Assembly (NCBI RefSeq): GCF_006345805.1
Contig: NC_043023.1
Location: forward strand, 10,044,001-10,108,000
Length of the DNA: 64,000 nucleotides
Direction of reading: 5' to 3'
DNA from: Octopus sinensis
Lineage: Eukaryota
In this document: piece by piece, positions 10,856 to 23,433 of the stretch
Numbering within the stretch: the stretch's first letter is position 1
How the letters are laid out: each line of letters begins with the position of its first letter
The notes under the pieces: model-generated
The model's input: only the letters and a program-made list of their open reading frames with translations
Database searches by the model: none
What the model was told of the DNA's origin: nothing
Made by a program: the position numbers and the translations under genes

Positions 10856-12475
10856 ATGATGGAAAATGAATTATATCTGAGTGAAGTTAAATGTAAAAGA
10901 GAGTCTGAAGAAATTGACTTTTCTGATGAGGAAAAGAATGAAAAGGGCAAAACAGCATTTGAGTGTGATATCTGTGGTAAAATATTATCTCAGAAAGGTA
11001 GCTTAGTTATTCACCGACGTATTCATACAGGAGAGAAGTCATATCACTGTGACGTTTGTGGTAAATCATTTTTTGATACTCATCATTTAACTATTCACAA
11101 ACGCATTCATACAGGAGTGAAATCATATCGCTGTGATATCTGTGGTAAATCCTTCTCTCAAAGTTATAACTTAACTAGGCACAAATACATTCATACAGGA
11201 GAAAAACGATATCACTGTGATATCTGTGGTAAATCCTTCTCTGAAATTAGTAAAGTAACTATTCACAAGCGTGTTCATACAGGAGAAAAACCATGTCACT
11301 GTGATATTTGTGGTAAATCATTCTTTGATAAAAGTTACTTAACTAGACACATACGTATTCACACAGGTGAAAAGCCATATCAGTGTGATATCTGTGGTAA
11401 ATCTTTCTCTGAAACTAGTCCCTTAACTATGCACAAGCGTACTGTTCACACAGGAGAAAAACCACATCGCTGTGAAATCTGTGGTAAATCATTCTCTCAA
11501 AATAATGCCTTGACTATTCACAAACGCATTCATACAGGAGAGAAGCCATATACATGTGATATCTGTGGTAAATCGTTCTCCAGAAGCTATGCCTTACCTC
11601 GTCACAGACGCATTCATACTGAAGTGAAGCCATATCATTGTGATATCTGTGCTGAATCATTCTCTGAAAGTGGTAGCTTAACTAAGCACAAGCGTATTCA
11701 TACTGAAGAGAAACCATATCATTGTGATATCTGTGGTGAATCATTCTCCGATGGACACAAGTTAACTGTTCACAAATACAGTCATTCAGGCGTGAAGCCA
11801 TATCACTGTGAAATCTGTGGTAAATCATTCTCTGACAATGGTCACTTAACCAAGCACAGGCGTGTTCATACAGGTGAGAAGCCATATCATTGTGATATCT
11901 GTGGTAAATCTTTCTCTGAAACTGGTAGTGTAACTAACCACAAACGTGTTCATACAGGTGAGAAGCCATATCATTGTGATACCTGTGGTAAATCATTCTC
12001 TACATCCAGTATCTTATGTAAGCACAGACGCATTCATACTCCTGAGAAGCAATATCACTGTGATATCTGCGGTAAATCTTTCACTGAATCTGGTAGTGTG
12101 ACAAATCACAAACGTATTCATACAGGTGAGAAGCCATATCACTGTGAAATCTGTGGTAAATCTTTCACTGAATCAGGTAGTGTAACTACTCACATGCGTG
12201 TTCATACAGGAGAGAAGCCATACCATTGTGATATCTGTGGTAAATCCTTCTCTACATGCAGTGTCTTAACCAGGCACAAGCGTGTTCATACAGGAGAAAA
12301 ACCATATCACTGTGATATCTGTGGTAAATCTTTCTCTGGTAGTATAACTACTCACCAGCGCATTCATTCAGGCGTGAAGCCATATCATTGTGATATCTGT
12401 GGTAAATCATTCTCTCGAAATTATCACTTGACTCTGCACAGACGCATTCATACAAGAGAAGTCATATCACTGTAA
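10856..12475 (+). CDS. C2H2 zinc-finger protein ZNF-2, 18 fingers
   Basis: ORF 10733-12475 with first ATG at 10856; 18 CxxC/HxxxH repeats; finger 17 has a 2-aa deletion; ends after a 2-nt frameshift. Confidence 0.95.
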   Translation: MMENELYLSEVKCKRESEEIDFSDEEKNEKGKTAFECDICGKILSQKGSLVIHRRIHTGEKSYHCDVCGKSFFDTHHLTIHKRIHTGVKSYRCDICGKSFSQSYNLTRHKYIHTGEKRYHCDICGKSFSEISKVTIHKRVHTGEKPCHCDICGKSFFDKSYLTRHIRIHTGEKPYQCDICGKSFSETSPLTMHKRTVHTGEKPHRCEICGKSFSQNNALTIHKRIHTGEKPYTCDICGKSFSRSYALPRHRRIHTEVKPYHCDICAESFSESGSLTKHKRIHTEEKPYHCDICGESFSDGHKLTVHKYSHSGVKPYHCEICGKSFSDNGHLTKHRRVHTGEKPYHCDICGKSFSETGSVTNHKRVHTGEKPYHCDTCGKSFSTSSILCKHRRIHTPEKQYHCDICGKSFTESGSVTNHKRIHTGEKPYHCEICGKSFTESGSVTTHMRVHTGEKPYHCDICGKSFSTCSVLTRHKRVHTGEKPYHCDICGKSFSGSITTHQRIHSGVKPYHCDICGKSFSRNYHLTLHRRIHTREVISL

Positions 12476-12615
12476 TGCCTGTAAGAATCGTTTTCTGAAA
12501 TAGCACGTTAACTGGTCACAAACGTTTACATACAGAGGACATTTGGCAAATGATTTACTCATAAAAGCAGCTTAACTTCTAACAAGAGCATTCATATGAC
12601 AGACAAACCGCTCCA
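12476..12615 (+). pseudogene. Fossil zinc fingers downstream of the ZNF-2 stop
   Basis: Realigned: EKSYHCNAC...SFSE.STLTGHKRLHT, then K*FTHKSSLTSNKSIHMTDKPLQ, which matches the ZNF-1 terminus [17 protein letters not shown]. Confidence 0.8.
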
Positions 12616-13314
12616 GTGGTCTGTCATCGTTGTTTTCCTCTCCATTTTTGCCATTCTCTCATGGGTCAGAAGGAATTTGTTGAGGTGAATTTTTGCTGTC
12701 CAGATGCTCTTCCTGTTGCCAACCTTCACCTGTTTCAAACTAAAATATTTCCCCGTGACCTGACATGTTTTTGTGGCAGATTGGCGATGGACATTGCTTG
12801 CATGGCAGTGACACCCACAACTATCACACAGTCTCAAGGCAAGGATATAGTAACACGCACACACACATTCATAAGCCCCTCACACTTCTATGAAACATCC
12901 CCCTCTATCCTCTGTACCACTAATATTCCCCCACCACCACTACCTTTTGTGTATGTCCTCATACATCTCCATCACCATCCATTTCTCTCTATATATCTAT
13001 CATTCTCTCCTTTCTTTTCCTACTGGAATCGTCAGGTTTCTCCTCTATAGTAAGACACTCGTCTTTCTCCTGCTGTTATACATCAACCTCCCAACTGACA
13101 CAAAGCCATCCCCCTCGGTTCCACTCCCTCTGCGAACCAAGTGACTCTTTATCTTGCGAGCTACTTGGTGATCCCTGCTGATGCTGGTATCACATAAAAA
13201 GCACCCAATGCACTCAGTAAAGTGGTCGGTGTTAGGATGGGCATCCAACCATGGAAATCATACCAAAGCAGACAATGGATCCTGGTGCATCTTTCTGCTT
13301 GACCAGTTCTACGC

Positions 13315-14300
13315 AATAGTATAAATCCAGATATCCATTTTGCAATGGTGTACAGCAGAGAGCGACTTCCATTCCTTGATATTTTGATTGAAAAACTTAG
13401 CAATCAAATGGAAACTGATATCACTGGAAACCCACACACTCAAAGCAATACGGTTTCTGTGGCTGGATGCCCTTTGTAACACCAACCACTCCTAGAGTGT
13501 AGTGGGTGATCTGAAGTGCTACTGACATGGGTGCCATTTGCATGACTCCTGTATGTGCCATGACTATGATTTTACTTGGGTCGATGGGTCTTTTTTGCAA
13601 AGCACAGCATATTGCCAAAGGTTTCAGTCGTTTTTCATTACCTCTCTGAGGTCCTACATATGAAAGGTGCTTTCCATGTGCCACTGGCATTGGCCACCCT
13701 GCCTCTGTGAGGCCCAATGCTCAACATGTACTTTATACATGACGTGTACACGACGCCAGCATCGGCCACGACTTCAATTTCACTTGGTTTGATGGGACGT
13801 CTCAAATACAGCTTATCACTAAAGGTCTTCGTTACTAGTCATTGCTTCCATGAGGCCCACAAACACACAAGTTCATCAAAAGTAACAACTTAAATCACTA
13901 AAATGAATACTGACAAATGCAAATTTATACTCAACGTCCGAAGTATGGAACATTCTTCAAACTACCGGAAGGTTCAGAATTCCATTTTAAACAAGAACAC
14001 AGATTCATAATTGAGACTGATTTCACTTGTGCATCCAAAGATTTAAATCCTGGGACAAATTGTTCAGGATGTGAACACATAACAATAGAAAGAGCAAGGA
14101 TGCCCCTCAGACAAAGAACAACACTTCATAAGGAATAGATTCATTTCCCAAGTTACAGACATTGTTTATGAGTTTTATTTTTCAAGCACAACATCCGAAT
14201 TTTGAAAGTTTCTACTACCATAACAAATGCATCTGTGTCTTACCAAGAAGTTTATAAAGAGCAAAGGAATGCTTCTCAGTAAACAACTCTAGACTTTTTT
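13315..14300 (+). mobile_element. Penelope-like element relic (RT and GIY-YIG), interrupted by an RTE-tailed element at about 13423-13880
   Basis: NSINPDIHFAMVYSRERLPFLDILI at 13315-13422 (PLE RT motif); FTCASKDL...CSGC...PLRQRTTLHKE in ORF 13917-14138 (PLE GIY-YIG-like). Confidence 0.75.
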
Positions 14301-14769
14301 CTTTGCTTGTGAATAAGTGGTCACGTCTACAAATGATGGTGTCCCTGAGTCTTTTCAATGTGTTTCAGAAAACAATTATAAAAATAATATTTTATCTATT
14401 CTAAATGATCTTGACATTGTTTTTGACTTTACATAAAATATTCTTTACATTCTACTGTTGTTTCATTGTCATTTATTTACAAGTATTATAAATTTTATTG
14501 GTAAAATATTTTTCTAGGAATGAATTACAATTTATAACATTGTTTCTATGGGAAATTATTGCTTTGCTTTATGAGTTTTCCCTTTAGGAGCAATCTCCAG
14601 GAAGAAGTTAACTTATATATCAAGGCATTATTGTATCTGACATTATTTTGGCAGGCGGCCAGCAATTTCAGGGGAAGGAGTAAGTTGAATAACCACATGG
14701 ATCAGCATGTGTGCTTTTTACATGAACTAGCACAAATGCTTCTTACAGGGAGTGGCATTGCACGATATA

Positions 14770-15167
14770 TCTATATATATAAAGCTGAAGTTGTCTGTGT
14801 GTGTGGCAGGTTTGGTAGCCCTCAACTAACACTATCTCCTCCGAGACCCTGCAGCGCAAGTTGACCAAAATTGAGAGGATGATAAAAGAAGGCTTGCTCT
14901 TCCTTCCGTAGAAGAAAAAATTCAAATCGCACCATGTCATCACCAAAAATTATTTATATCAATCAGATGCTTTTTATCTACGAAAATCCCTACTTTTTAC
15001 GATTCTTTGACTGCTGTCTCATCATTTTTCAGTGTATTTCAACCAGAAAAATGTTTACTTAAAGAGAATAACAAGCTACATAATGCAAAATTCATACTTT
15101 TCAAAAATTCCAATTCTAAAGGTTTGTAAAGAAAACAAACCCGAGCAACACTGGGTGATACTTCTCG
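14770..15167 (+). mobile_element. Non-autonomous Helitron-like element
   Basis: 5' TCTATATATATAAAG after an A; 3' GC-rich hairpin-like CCCGAGCAACACTGGG then CTCG|T (CTAG-like); second 5' fragment at 21604-21678. Confidence 0.55.
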
Positions 15168-16643
15168 TATATCTCTATTTATAAAACTGAAAAAAAGTTT
15201 GTTTGACTCCACCGCTTGGATCACTTTCAAGGCCACTACAACCCGTCAGATTGACAGGGACATGTAAAATGAGGTGACGATGCCCGTGGGTTACGTTAGA
15301 AATCCCTATCTTAAAAGGTGTCGCTTGGGCCAAAAACCCACTTTGTCAAGTCTACTCCCATTCTTTTACGTATCTGTCTTCCTCACTCACTCACGCTATT
15401 TCCTCCCTTCCCATACCCTTTATAACTATGTCTGCTCTCATAGAGAGAATTATCATCGCCACCACCAACACAATCATGAGAACAAATATTATGAATCAGA
15501 TATTTATTGCGTTCATTTATATGTGTGTGTTCGATATATAAATATGTATATATAATGTATATATACAAAGTGTATATATCTCTATTTATGTATATTAAAC
15601 TTTTTAATACTTTTTGATAGTTATATATATTTTTAAACAAATTATAAATATAATTTAATAATTTTTATTTTAAATTTTAATACTTCAAATTTTTCAATTT
15701 TATATATTTTCTACATTATATTTTTATTTTTATGTTTTTGTTTTGGGTTTTTTACTGTTTGATTAGTGGTTTTATCTCTAATTTAATTTATATATATATA
15801 TATATATATATATAATTTGTATACATTTGCATATATAATGCGTGCACACACACATATATATATATATATATATAATGTGTGCATTATGTGGTCGGTCGGT
15901 TGAGCTGAAAATATGCACACCTATGTTAAAAGTGCTGGCAAGTTTGCATGACAAATATTTTTTTCCTCAAATGAAAGGCCTGACCTCTAGGACAAAATTC
16001 CTCATCTTATAAAATGTGGCCCCAGTACACCCGAATGAAATCAGGTTATATTAACCAAAATGTGAAAAGGGGTCTAAATGGGGCTGGAAGGGGATTAAAA
16101 TTTAAAGGAGCGGGTGTTTAGGAATTCTCTGTTACATCAAGCTAAAAATTTTGAGCCAGCCTTTTAATCGTCAATGTGTTGCCGTCTACGATGAAGAAGT
16201 TTTGCATGCTTGCCATGGTGAGTCTACTGTCATGAGAAAGAATCACTTCAAAAATTGGTGTTTACCAATTTTCTTTTACATCAAGTTCAAAATTTTACGC
16301 CAGCCATTAAACTGTCAATATGTTGCTGTCCATCGTTAAGAAATGCCAGCCATGGTGACTCTACTATCCTCAGATTCTATCCCTTTAAACTTTTGTTTCC
16401 AATATTTTATTATTTTTATTCAGCTCGCAAGTTCGTCAGTCCCTTTTAAATGTTAGTGTTTTGCTGTCTGCCTTGAAGCAGACCTTTCTGTTGCCACTGC
16501 CTGATATTTATGATTGATCTTTCTAAATATTTTATTTCTCAACTTTCTCAAGATCTTTTGTTGTTTATAAATGGGAGAGAGATAGAAAAAGATAGAGAGT
16601 AAGAGAAAGCGAGGGAGAGTCCGAAAGAAACAAAGAGGGAGAA

Positions 16644-16946
16644 TCATCATCATCGCTTAATGTTCGTTTTCCGTGCTAGCACGGGTTGGACAGTTTGATC
16701 GAGGTCTAGGAAGCCTGGAGGCTTGCCAGGCTCCAGCCTGATCTGGCAGTGTTTCTACTGGTGGATGACCTTCCTAACGCCAACCACTCTGTGAGTGTAG
16801 TGAGTGCTTTTTACGTGCCGCCGGCACAGGTGCCAGGGGGGCTTGCAGCTGCAACGATCGGCTGGTGCTTTTTACGTGCCACCGGCACAGAAGCTAGTCA
16901 AGGCGGCGCTGCACTGCGCCACGTTCGGATGGTGCTTTTTACGTGC
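16644..16946 (-). mobile_element. RTE-tailed short element
   Basis: (CAT)n start, TTTTCCGTGCTAGCACGGGTTGGAC and repeated TTTTACGTGCC units matching the RTE 3' end. Confidence 0.8.
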
Positions 16947-17350
16947 TGAAAGGAAGCAACAGAAAGTAACAAATATATATATGAAGCTATTATGTTACTT
17001 CTCATATATATTTGAAGGTGCATGGCTCAATCGTGAGTTCAATTCCCGTCATCTTCATCACATTGAACTATGTTAAAGGTTAAAGGGTCAAAGCGAAATG
17101 CAGCCACATTTTCTCTACAAAACTACTTTAAAACGTTTTCCAATGGCTGAATGACGAAACGTATTAATCTGGTTTCTGCCCTAAATATTCTGCTAAAGTA
17201 AGGATGCATCTTGTACACCAGCAAATACTCAGTGAAGTGCAAGTAAATCAGTTGACCATAAGATTGACTCCTCGTTGTGAAACGACGGAGATCCACCACC
17301 GATAAGGAAAATTAGTGAGTACAGGGAGATAAGCAAGGGCATGAGCCTAA

Positions 17351-18217
17351 TTACGGTTTCACTCCTGTATGAATACGTATGTGTCTAGTTAAATTGTTCT
17401 TTTCAGAGAATAATTTACCACAGATATCACAGTGATACGGCTTTTCTCCTGTATGACTTCGTTTGTGTCCAATTAAACTACTGCTTACAGAGAAAGATTT
17501 ACCACAGATATCACAGTGAAATGGTTTTTCCCCTGTGTGAATGCATTTGTGTGTAGTTAGGCTATTGTTTTCAGAGAATGATTTACCATAGACATCACAG
17601 GGAAATGGCTTCTCTCCTGTATGAATGCGTCTGTGTTTAGTTAAGCTAACTTGTATAGGAAATGATTTACCACAGATATTACAGTGATACGGTGTCTCCC
17701 CTGTATGAACACGTCTGTGTACAATTAAGGCACTTCCGTTAGAGAATGATTTACCACAGATATTACAGTGAAATGGTTTCTCTCCCGTGTGAATACGCCT
17801 GTGTCTAGTTAAATTACTACTCTGAGAGAACGATTTACCACAAACATCACAGTGAAATTGCTTCTCTCCTGTATGTATACGTTTGTGTACAGCCAGATTA
17901 CAACTTGCAGTGAATGAATTACCACAAATATCACAGCGAAATGGCTTCTCTCCGGAATGAATACGTTTGTGTTTGGTTAAGTCACAGCTTTGAGAGTATG
18001 ATTTACCACAGATACCACAGTGATATGGTTTCTCTCCTGTGTGAATACGCTTGTGAGTAGTTAACACACTATTTTGAGAGAATGATTTACCACAGATATC
18101 ACAGTCAAACGGTTTTTCTCCTGTGTGAGTACGCTTGTGTCTATCTAAGAAATCACTTCTAGTGGTTGATTTACCACAGATATCACGATACAATGATTTT
18201 CGCATATTTGTCAGCAT
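17351..18217 (-). CDS. C2H2 zinc-finger protein ZNF-3, 10 repeats (8 intact)
   Basis: 288-aa ORF from ATG; repeat 1 Cys>Arg, repeat 8 Cys>Tyr; acceptor TTTCAG|ATTTACGGATGACA at 18598 resembles the ZNF-1/2 exon start ATTATCAGATGACA. Confidence 0.93.
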   Translation of the reverse strand: MLTNMRKSLYRDICGKSTTRSDFLDRHKRTHTGEKPFDCDICGKSFSQNSVLTTHKRIHTGEKPYHCGICGKSYSQSCDLTKHKRIHSGEKPFRCDICGNSFTASCNLAVHKRIHTGEKQFHCDVCGKSFSQSSNLTRHRRIHTGEKPFHCNICGKSFSNGSALIVHRRVHTGETPYHCNICGKSFPIQVSLTKHRRIHTGEKPFPCDVYGKSFSENNSLTTHKCIHTGEKPFHCDICGKSFSVSSSLIGHKRSHTGEKPYHCDICGKLFSEKNNLTRHIRIHTGVKP

Positions 18218-18810
18218 TTCTTTGAGGAATCAAAATAGACCCAATCCTTGGCCTTTCTCACCACATTAAAGTTTTACCCCTATCTTTATCCTTCTTTTTA
18301 TAGTTTATTCCTTACAAATATTTCCACTGCAAACTTCACTGATATCTAAAGATGCTATAAATTAAGAAAGTCATCAAAGAGTAACGAGAATGCAAAGCAT
18401 CAGCTAATGAAATAGAAAAATGTTGCTATTAATCACAGTTCAGAGCAAACATTTCATAGAATTTCTACCAAAGATTTAAAGAAATAGTCTTCGATGCGTT
18501 CTGTGTAAACTTTTCCTCAAGACTTTAAAAGACGAAAAATGTCGAAGATGTATTCATTATAAAAGAAAATTTCTTTGATGCCAATGTCATCCGTAAATCT
18601 GAAATGATAAAGAAACAGAATTAGATAGAGAGAGAAAGATCAAAAGAGAAATGTTACAATATTTCTTTATTAATTAACAAATGACATCATATAACATTGG
18701 GTGAAATGTAAAAATTTGTAAACTACAACTACTCTTTAACATTGGGTAACATTACTCATGCACGCACATATATACATATCTCTATCTATCTATATATACA
18801 TATATAAATT

Positions 18811-19350
18811 TATGGCGATCTTTCGTCTCTAGTAGACCTTTCCGTCGATGATTTCCGTAAAAAACTTTTATTTTTTTACATATGGGCTTGCGGGAACATT
18901 TGAAGTAATGAGAGCGAAAGAGACTAAGAGGAAGCGATTTTATGACGATACATACACACACACACATACATGCAGACATACATATACACATACACCGACT
19001 AAAAAATTACACTGAATCGGCCATACATAGATACATACACACACACATACATACATATACACATACACCGAGTAAAAATTTTCAGTTACCTTTTCCTTTC
19101 ACACACACTAACAGAAGCACTTCACTTACACAACATACTGTCTGTCTCCCACACCCCATCAAACACACACACACATGTACATCAATGCTTCGGTAACTTC
19201 AAAAGAACTTCCCTCGACATAAAATCGCTTCCTCTTAGTCTCTTTCGCTTTCATTACTTCAAATGTTCCCGCAAGCCCATATGTAAAAAAATAAAAGTCT
19301 TTTACGGAAATCATCGACGGAATGGTCTACTACAAACGAAAGATTGCCAA
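18811..19350. mobile_element. Fold-back MITE with ~140 bp TIRs and (AC/ACAT)n core
   Basis: 18811-18950 is inverted at 19215-19350; same family at 32019-32793. Confidence 0.8.
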
Positions 19351-20904
19351 ATTTATATATGATGAGTTCAGGTTAGGCGGGGAACAATATTTTGATTTTT
19401 TGGGGCTTCATTTTTGAGAACTCCCTGAAAAGATGTGGTTAGGGTCACAGAACAATGATATAAACATTTTTGCAATTTCAATTCTGGTAACTCCCCAAAC
19501 CGAAAGGATCCCGCATTTCTGTAGTAATGCCCTAAATTTACTGACAAAATATACGTTATTAAACGATTAAAGGACTCAAAAGAAAATTACACAAATCGGG
19601 TGTCAAAAGGGGAAATATCGTTTACCAAAAGGAAACCCGTTGTGAGGGAGGTCTTCCTGCTTGTCTTCAGGAATACTTAAAAAGCTGACAAATGTCTGTA
19701 GATATAGACTAACCTCCTATGGTTCAGTTTCTTGTCTTAGATATTACACACCTCCGTTAACAAGTGTGCAACAAATGCTATGTAGATATATTTTTTCACT
19801 TACCATTAGAATACTTGTTGATCTGACCAGGATCCTTTCTTGAAATCGAGTTTGTTTTTCCCACCATGGATAGTAGAAAGGCGCACAATACTTGCTACAA
19901 AGGGGCATACAAACAATTCGTGCTTTCGATCTAAGGTCCAAATGAAATATGAAGAAGGGCGAGCAAAGTTCCTCGATTGAAAGCTTTCCCCCCCCCCTTT
20001 CCTGTAAAATAGGGAACAACCAACTAAAACTGTGATCAAGAGAAATATTAAATCACAAATCATGTAAGTCGCTTCATGTTATTCATAGAGATCAACGTTT
20101 ACCTGAACACGAGGTATTACTACATCTGATATAATTAGATTCGTCTTAATTAGAAGCACGTGCAGAAGCTGTTGATAATTATTCCCGCGCTTGAACGACA
20201 CCGGTGACATATATTAAAAGTCCCCGATATATAACACGAAAAGACATTAAAATTATATTAATTAACACCTTTAATTGCATCTCACCCAAGGTAAATGATA
20301 AAAACCTCATCCAGCTAAATAGTAATTACGTCTCAACAAGAGTGTCTGCGCACGGTCACTGAACCTGCTAAAAATAGCAGCCAGATGTTTCTGACATCAT
20401 TACATCTTAGCATTAGAATGCATATAATCGTATGTTTGTTCATTAAACGGACATATGATTAGAAACACAGCAGGTGGTGTTCCCTACGCCTTTATCAGGG
20501 GTCGCCAAACTTTTTCGACCATCGACCCTCAACTATAGCGAAAATCTAAACGGAGCCCTTCCCGGCTTTGAAATTTCTTTCTGTTTTTTTTTCCCGGAAT
20601 CCCACGTTTTTAGGCCATGGAAATTTCGATTCTGGAAAAGATTTTTTCAACAATCCCAATATCAAAATTTCAGTCCCATATCCCTTTCCTTCGTTTTTTA
20701 ACTTTTTCCTTAAATAGAGGGGGAAGGGTTCCGTTTACGGCGGGGGGAAAGACAATGGACCGCACCCTCTTTCCGATGGTTTTTTGGTTTTGTTTTTACA
20801 GGAACCCACGATATCGAGTGCGGAGATTCTAAATCTGCAAAAACAATCTGCATTAAAAAATTTTTAATCTCCCCACGCAATTTCTTAAATTTTCTACTAA
20901 AAAC

Positions 20905-21165
20905 AAAAACCGCTAAGTAACGGGGACATAAACTCACCAGCATCGGTTGTCAAGCAATGCTAGGGGGACAAACACACACACGCATATATATATCTATACA
21001 TATATACGACGGGCTTCTTTCAGTTTCCGTCTACCAAACTCACTCACAAGGCTTTGGTCAGCCCGAAGCTATAGTAGAAGACACTTGCCCAAGGTGCCAC
21101 GCAGTGAGACTGAACCCGAAACCATGTGGTTGGTAAACAAGCTACTTACCTCACAGCCACTCCTG
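20905..21165 (-). mobile_element. tRNA-derived SINE, family A, 5' part; followed by the 3' half of a plus-strand copy at 21166-21356
   Basis: Head CAGGAGTGGCTGTGAGGTAAG and core CCTTGGGCAAGTGTCTTCTAC; matches 27459-27852. Confidence 0.85.
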
Positions 21166-21821
21166 TATGTATGTTTGTGTTTGTGTGTCCCCCCAAAAAT
21201 GCTTGACAACTGATGCTGGTATGTTTATGTCCCCGTAACTTAGCGGATAGAATAAATGCTAGGCTTACAAAGAATTAGTCCCGGGGTCGATTTGCTCAAC
21301 TAAAGGCGGTGCTCCAGCATGGCCACAGTCACATGACTGGAACAAGTAAAAGAGTATGTCTTACAGTGACGACATTGAAGTTGACGATGATGAAATAGAT
21401 ATAGGAAATAACATATTCTACAGTGAAGATAATGAAATTGAGGCCGGCAGTGGGCAATTTGAGACGAAAATCTCTATAAATTACACCAATAATCATTTGC
21501 ATGGTTCCTGTATCAGGGGACCAGTATTTTGTAACACAATATATGAGTAAACTTTCTTAAAATGACCAGGTGAAGATTAAAAAAACCAGAATTGAAAGTG
21601 AAATCTCTATGTGTATAAAGCTGAAGTTGTCTGTGTGTGGCAGGTTTTGTAGCCTTCAACTAACACTATCTCCTTCGTGGCCGACCGATTGATGGCCGGA
21701 ATGAACTATTATAGAAGTTATTTCCCTTCATTTCATAGTATTTCTCTAATTCTCTCCTAGATGGCTCTACTGACAGGTGGGATTCCCTCCAGTATCCCCC
21801 TTAGTTTTATTCTATTAATAT

Positions 21822-21950
21822 CTCTATTGTGTGTCAAGGTGCTCATTTGAGGGAATGATTTGCCACAGATCTCGCACTGATATATCTTCTCTCCTGTAAG
21901 AATATATTTCTGTTTAGCTAAAACGCTAAATAGAAAATCTCACAGTGATA
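21822..21950 (-). pseudogene. Orphan C2H2 finger fragment
   Basis: Minus strand reads YHCEI / [33 protein letters not shown] with a frameshift and lost His residues. Confidence 0.75.
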
Positions 21951-22674
21951 AAATCTTTATTATGATCTTGAGATCGAACATAGAAAACGACATAACAGTA
22001 CAAAGAATTACAAAAATGGGATATTTTCCTTTTGAACGGCAGTTTTCAACACAATTTCTAGTTAACTAAACACTTTTAAACTTCGTATACTGGCAGAATG
22101 TGTCAAAATAAAACATTTTTTTCTCTTGGCTTTCTTGACAAAATTGTAATTTGTAAGTTTAACGTAGTTTAATATTCCAAATTTTAACCAATCCTATGCC
22201 CTCTATTGAGCAAAAATCATTTGCTACGTCTAAAACAGACAACATCCTGTCACTAACCCTTCAACTGCAGAAGGCATATCCTAATGTCAGCCCTTCTACA
22301 GAGTGCACTGGGTGTTATTTTTTCTTTTTTATGTGACAACAAAACCGTCAGGGTCCCCAAGGACCATGCAAGACAAAATAGCTCAAAACTGGCAGGGTGG
22401 AAGGTAGTATTGAAGGAACGTCACTTTGTGCCCGTTGACAGGTTTAAGGGAGAAAGGGAACAGGGTCCAGATATAGAGCAAAAAAAAACAAGCACAAAAT
22501 AGATATTTTATTCATTATTCTTTATCAAGAAATTCCTCGCTTCACCTCCAGAGAAAACACAGATTTTCAAAAATGGCCAGCTAAGTCCTTAACTTTCAAC
22601 CTGTTACTTTCATATTTTTAAGCGTTTGTTTGGATACCTTGATCTGTTCCCCTTTCGTTTCTCTATTTATCTCT

Positions 22675-22944
22675 AAACATGGCGTCTTCATGCATTTTTA
22701 AAGTTTACCTTTTCTTTCAGCGCCATCTTCGTTGTTTATTCCATTCTCCTTCAAAATATGCTCCCTCGTATCATATATCATATCGTATTTATTATTTATT
22801 TTTTCATTCTCTCTCTGGCTTTCATCCATTTATCTAATTATTTTTCCCCTGAAATATAATATTCAAACTAGTTGCTTCGATGTTCGCGCCCGCATTCCCA
22901 CCCCCTCCACCAGTACTGGAAGTTTCTACCCAAATACCGGAAGT
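22675..22944 (-). promoter_or_regulatory. Candidate promoter and first exon for ZNF-3
   Basis: YY1-like AAGATGGCGC (minus, 22720-22729) just before donor AAG|GTAAAC (22709/22708); Ets-type CCGGAAGT at 22937 and GGAAGT at 22918; local CpG retention. Confidence 0.4.
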
Positions 22945-23020
22945 TCTACCCCTGTCTTACTTAACTACCCCCCACCCCCACTCGCACCTATGTAGGGTTT
23001 ATCTGATCATATAGCGCATA

Positions 23021-23343
23021 TGTGTCGGTGGCACATAAAAAACACCATCCGAGCGTGGCCGTCTGCCAGCCTCGTCTGGCACTTGTGTCGGCGGCACATA
23101 AAAAACACCATCCGAGCGTGGCTGTCTGCCAGCCTCGTCTGGTACCTGTGTCGGTGGCACATAAAATCACCCACTACACTCTCGGAGTGGTTGGCGTTAG
23201 GAAGGGCATCCAGCTGTAGAAACACTGCCAATCTGACTGGCCTGGTGCAGCCTTCGGGCTCCCCAGACCCCAGTTGAACCGTCCCACCCATGCTAGCATG
23301 GAAAGCGGACGTTAAACGATGATGATGATGATGATGATGATGA
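23021..23343 (+). mobile_element. RTE-tailed short element with three ~54 bp internal repeats
   Basis: GTTGGCGTTAGGAAGGGCATCCAGCTG...CCATGCTAGCATGGAAAGCGGACGTTAAAC(GAT)n. Confidence 0.85.
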
Positions 23344-23433
23344 AAGGAAAAAGCCTGTGTTTTAGCAGACCAATTAGTGTTAATTATCGTTATGACTTCA
23401 TAAATTTTGACATTGAGACAGTAACACGTCTCT

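Noticed and set aside
3669-13050. Similar ORFs after both ZNF stops (3669-4094 and 12616-13050)
   Set aside because: The similarity comes from the shared old antisense element and duplicated flank, not from a coding gene.
20540-20900. Homopolymer-rich GC-mixed sequence (also 63480-63920 and 19370-19640)
   Set aside because: It looks like a garbled version of nearby repeat families, consistent with low-quality consensus; no feature called.
21356-21550. Acidic 64-aa ORF (MSYSDDIEVDDDEID...)
   Set aside because: Low-complexity and isolated, with the ATG formed at a SINE tail; possibly a transposase N-terminal scrap, but no diagnostic motif.
23021-23170. CRISPR-like direct repeats of ~54 bp
   Set aside because: Head-to-tail repeats without unique spacers, inside an RTE-tailed element in a eukaryotic genome.
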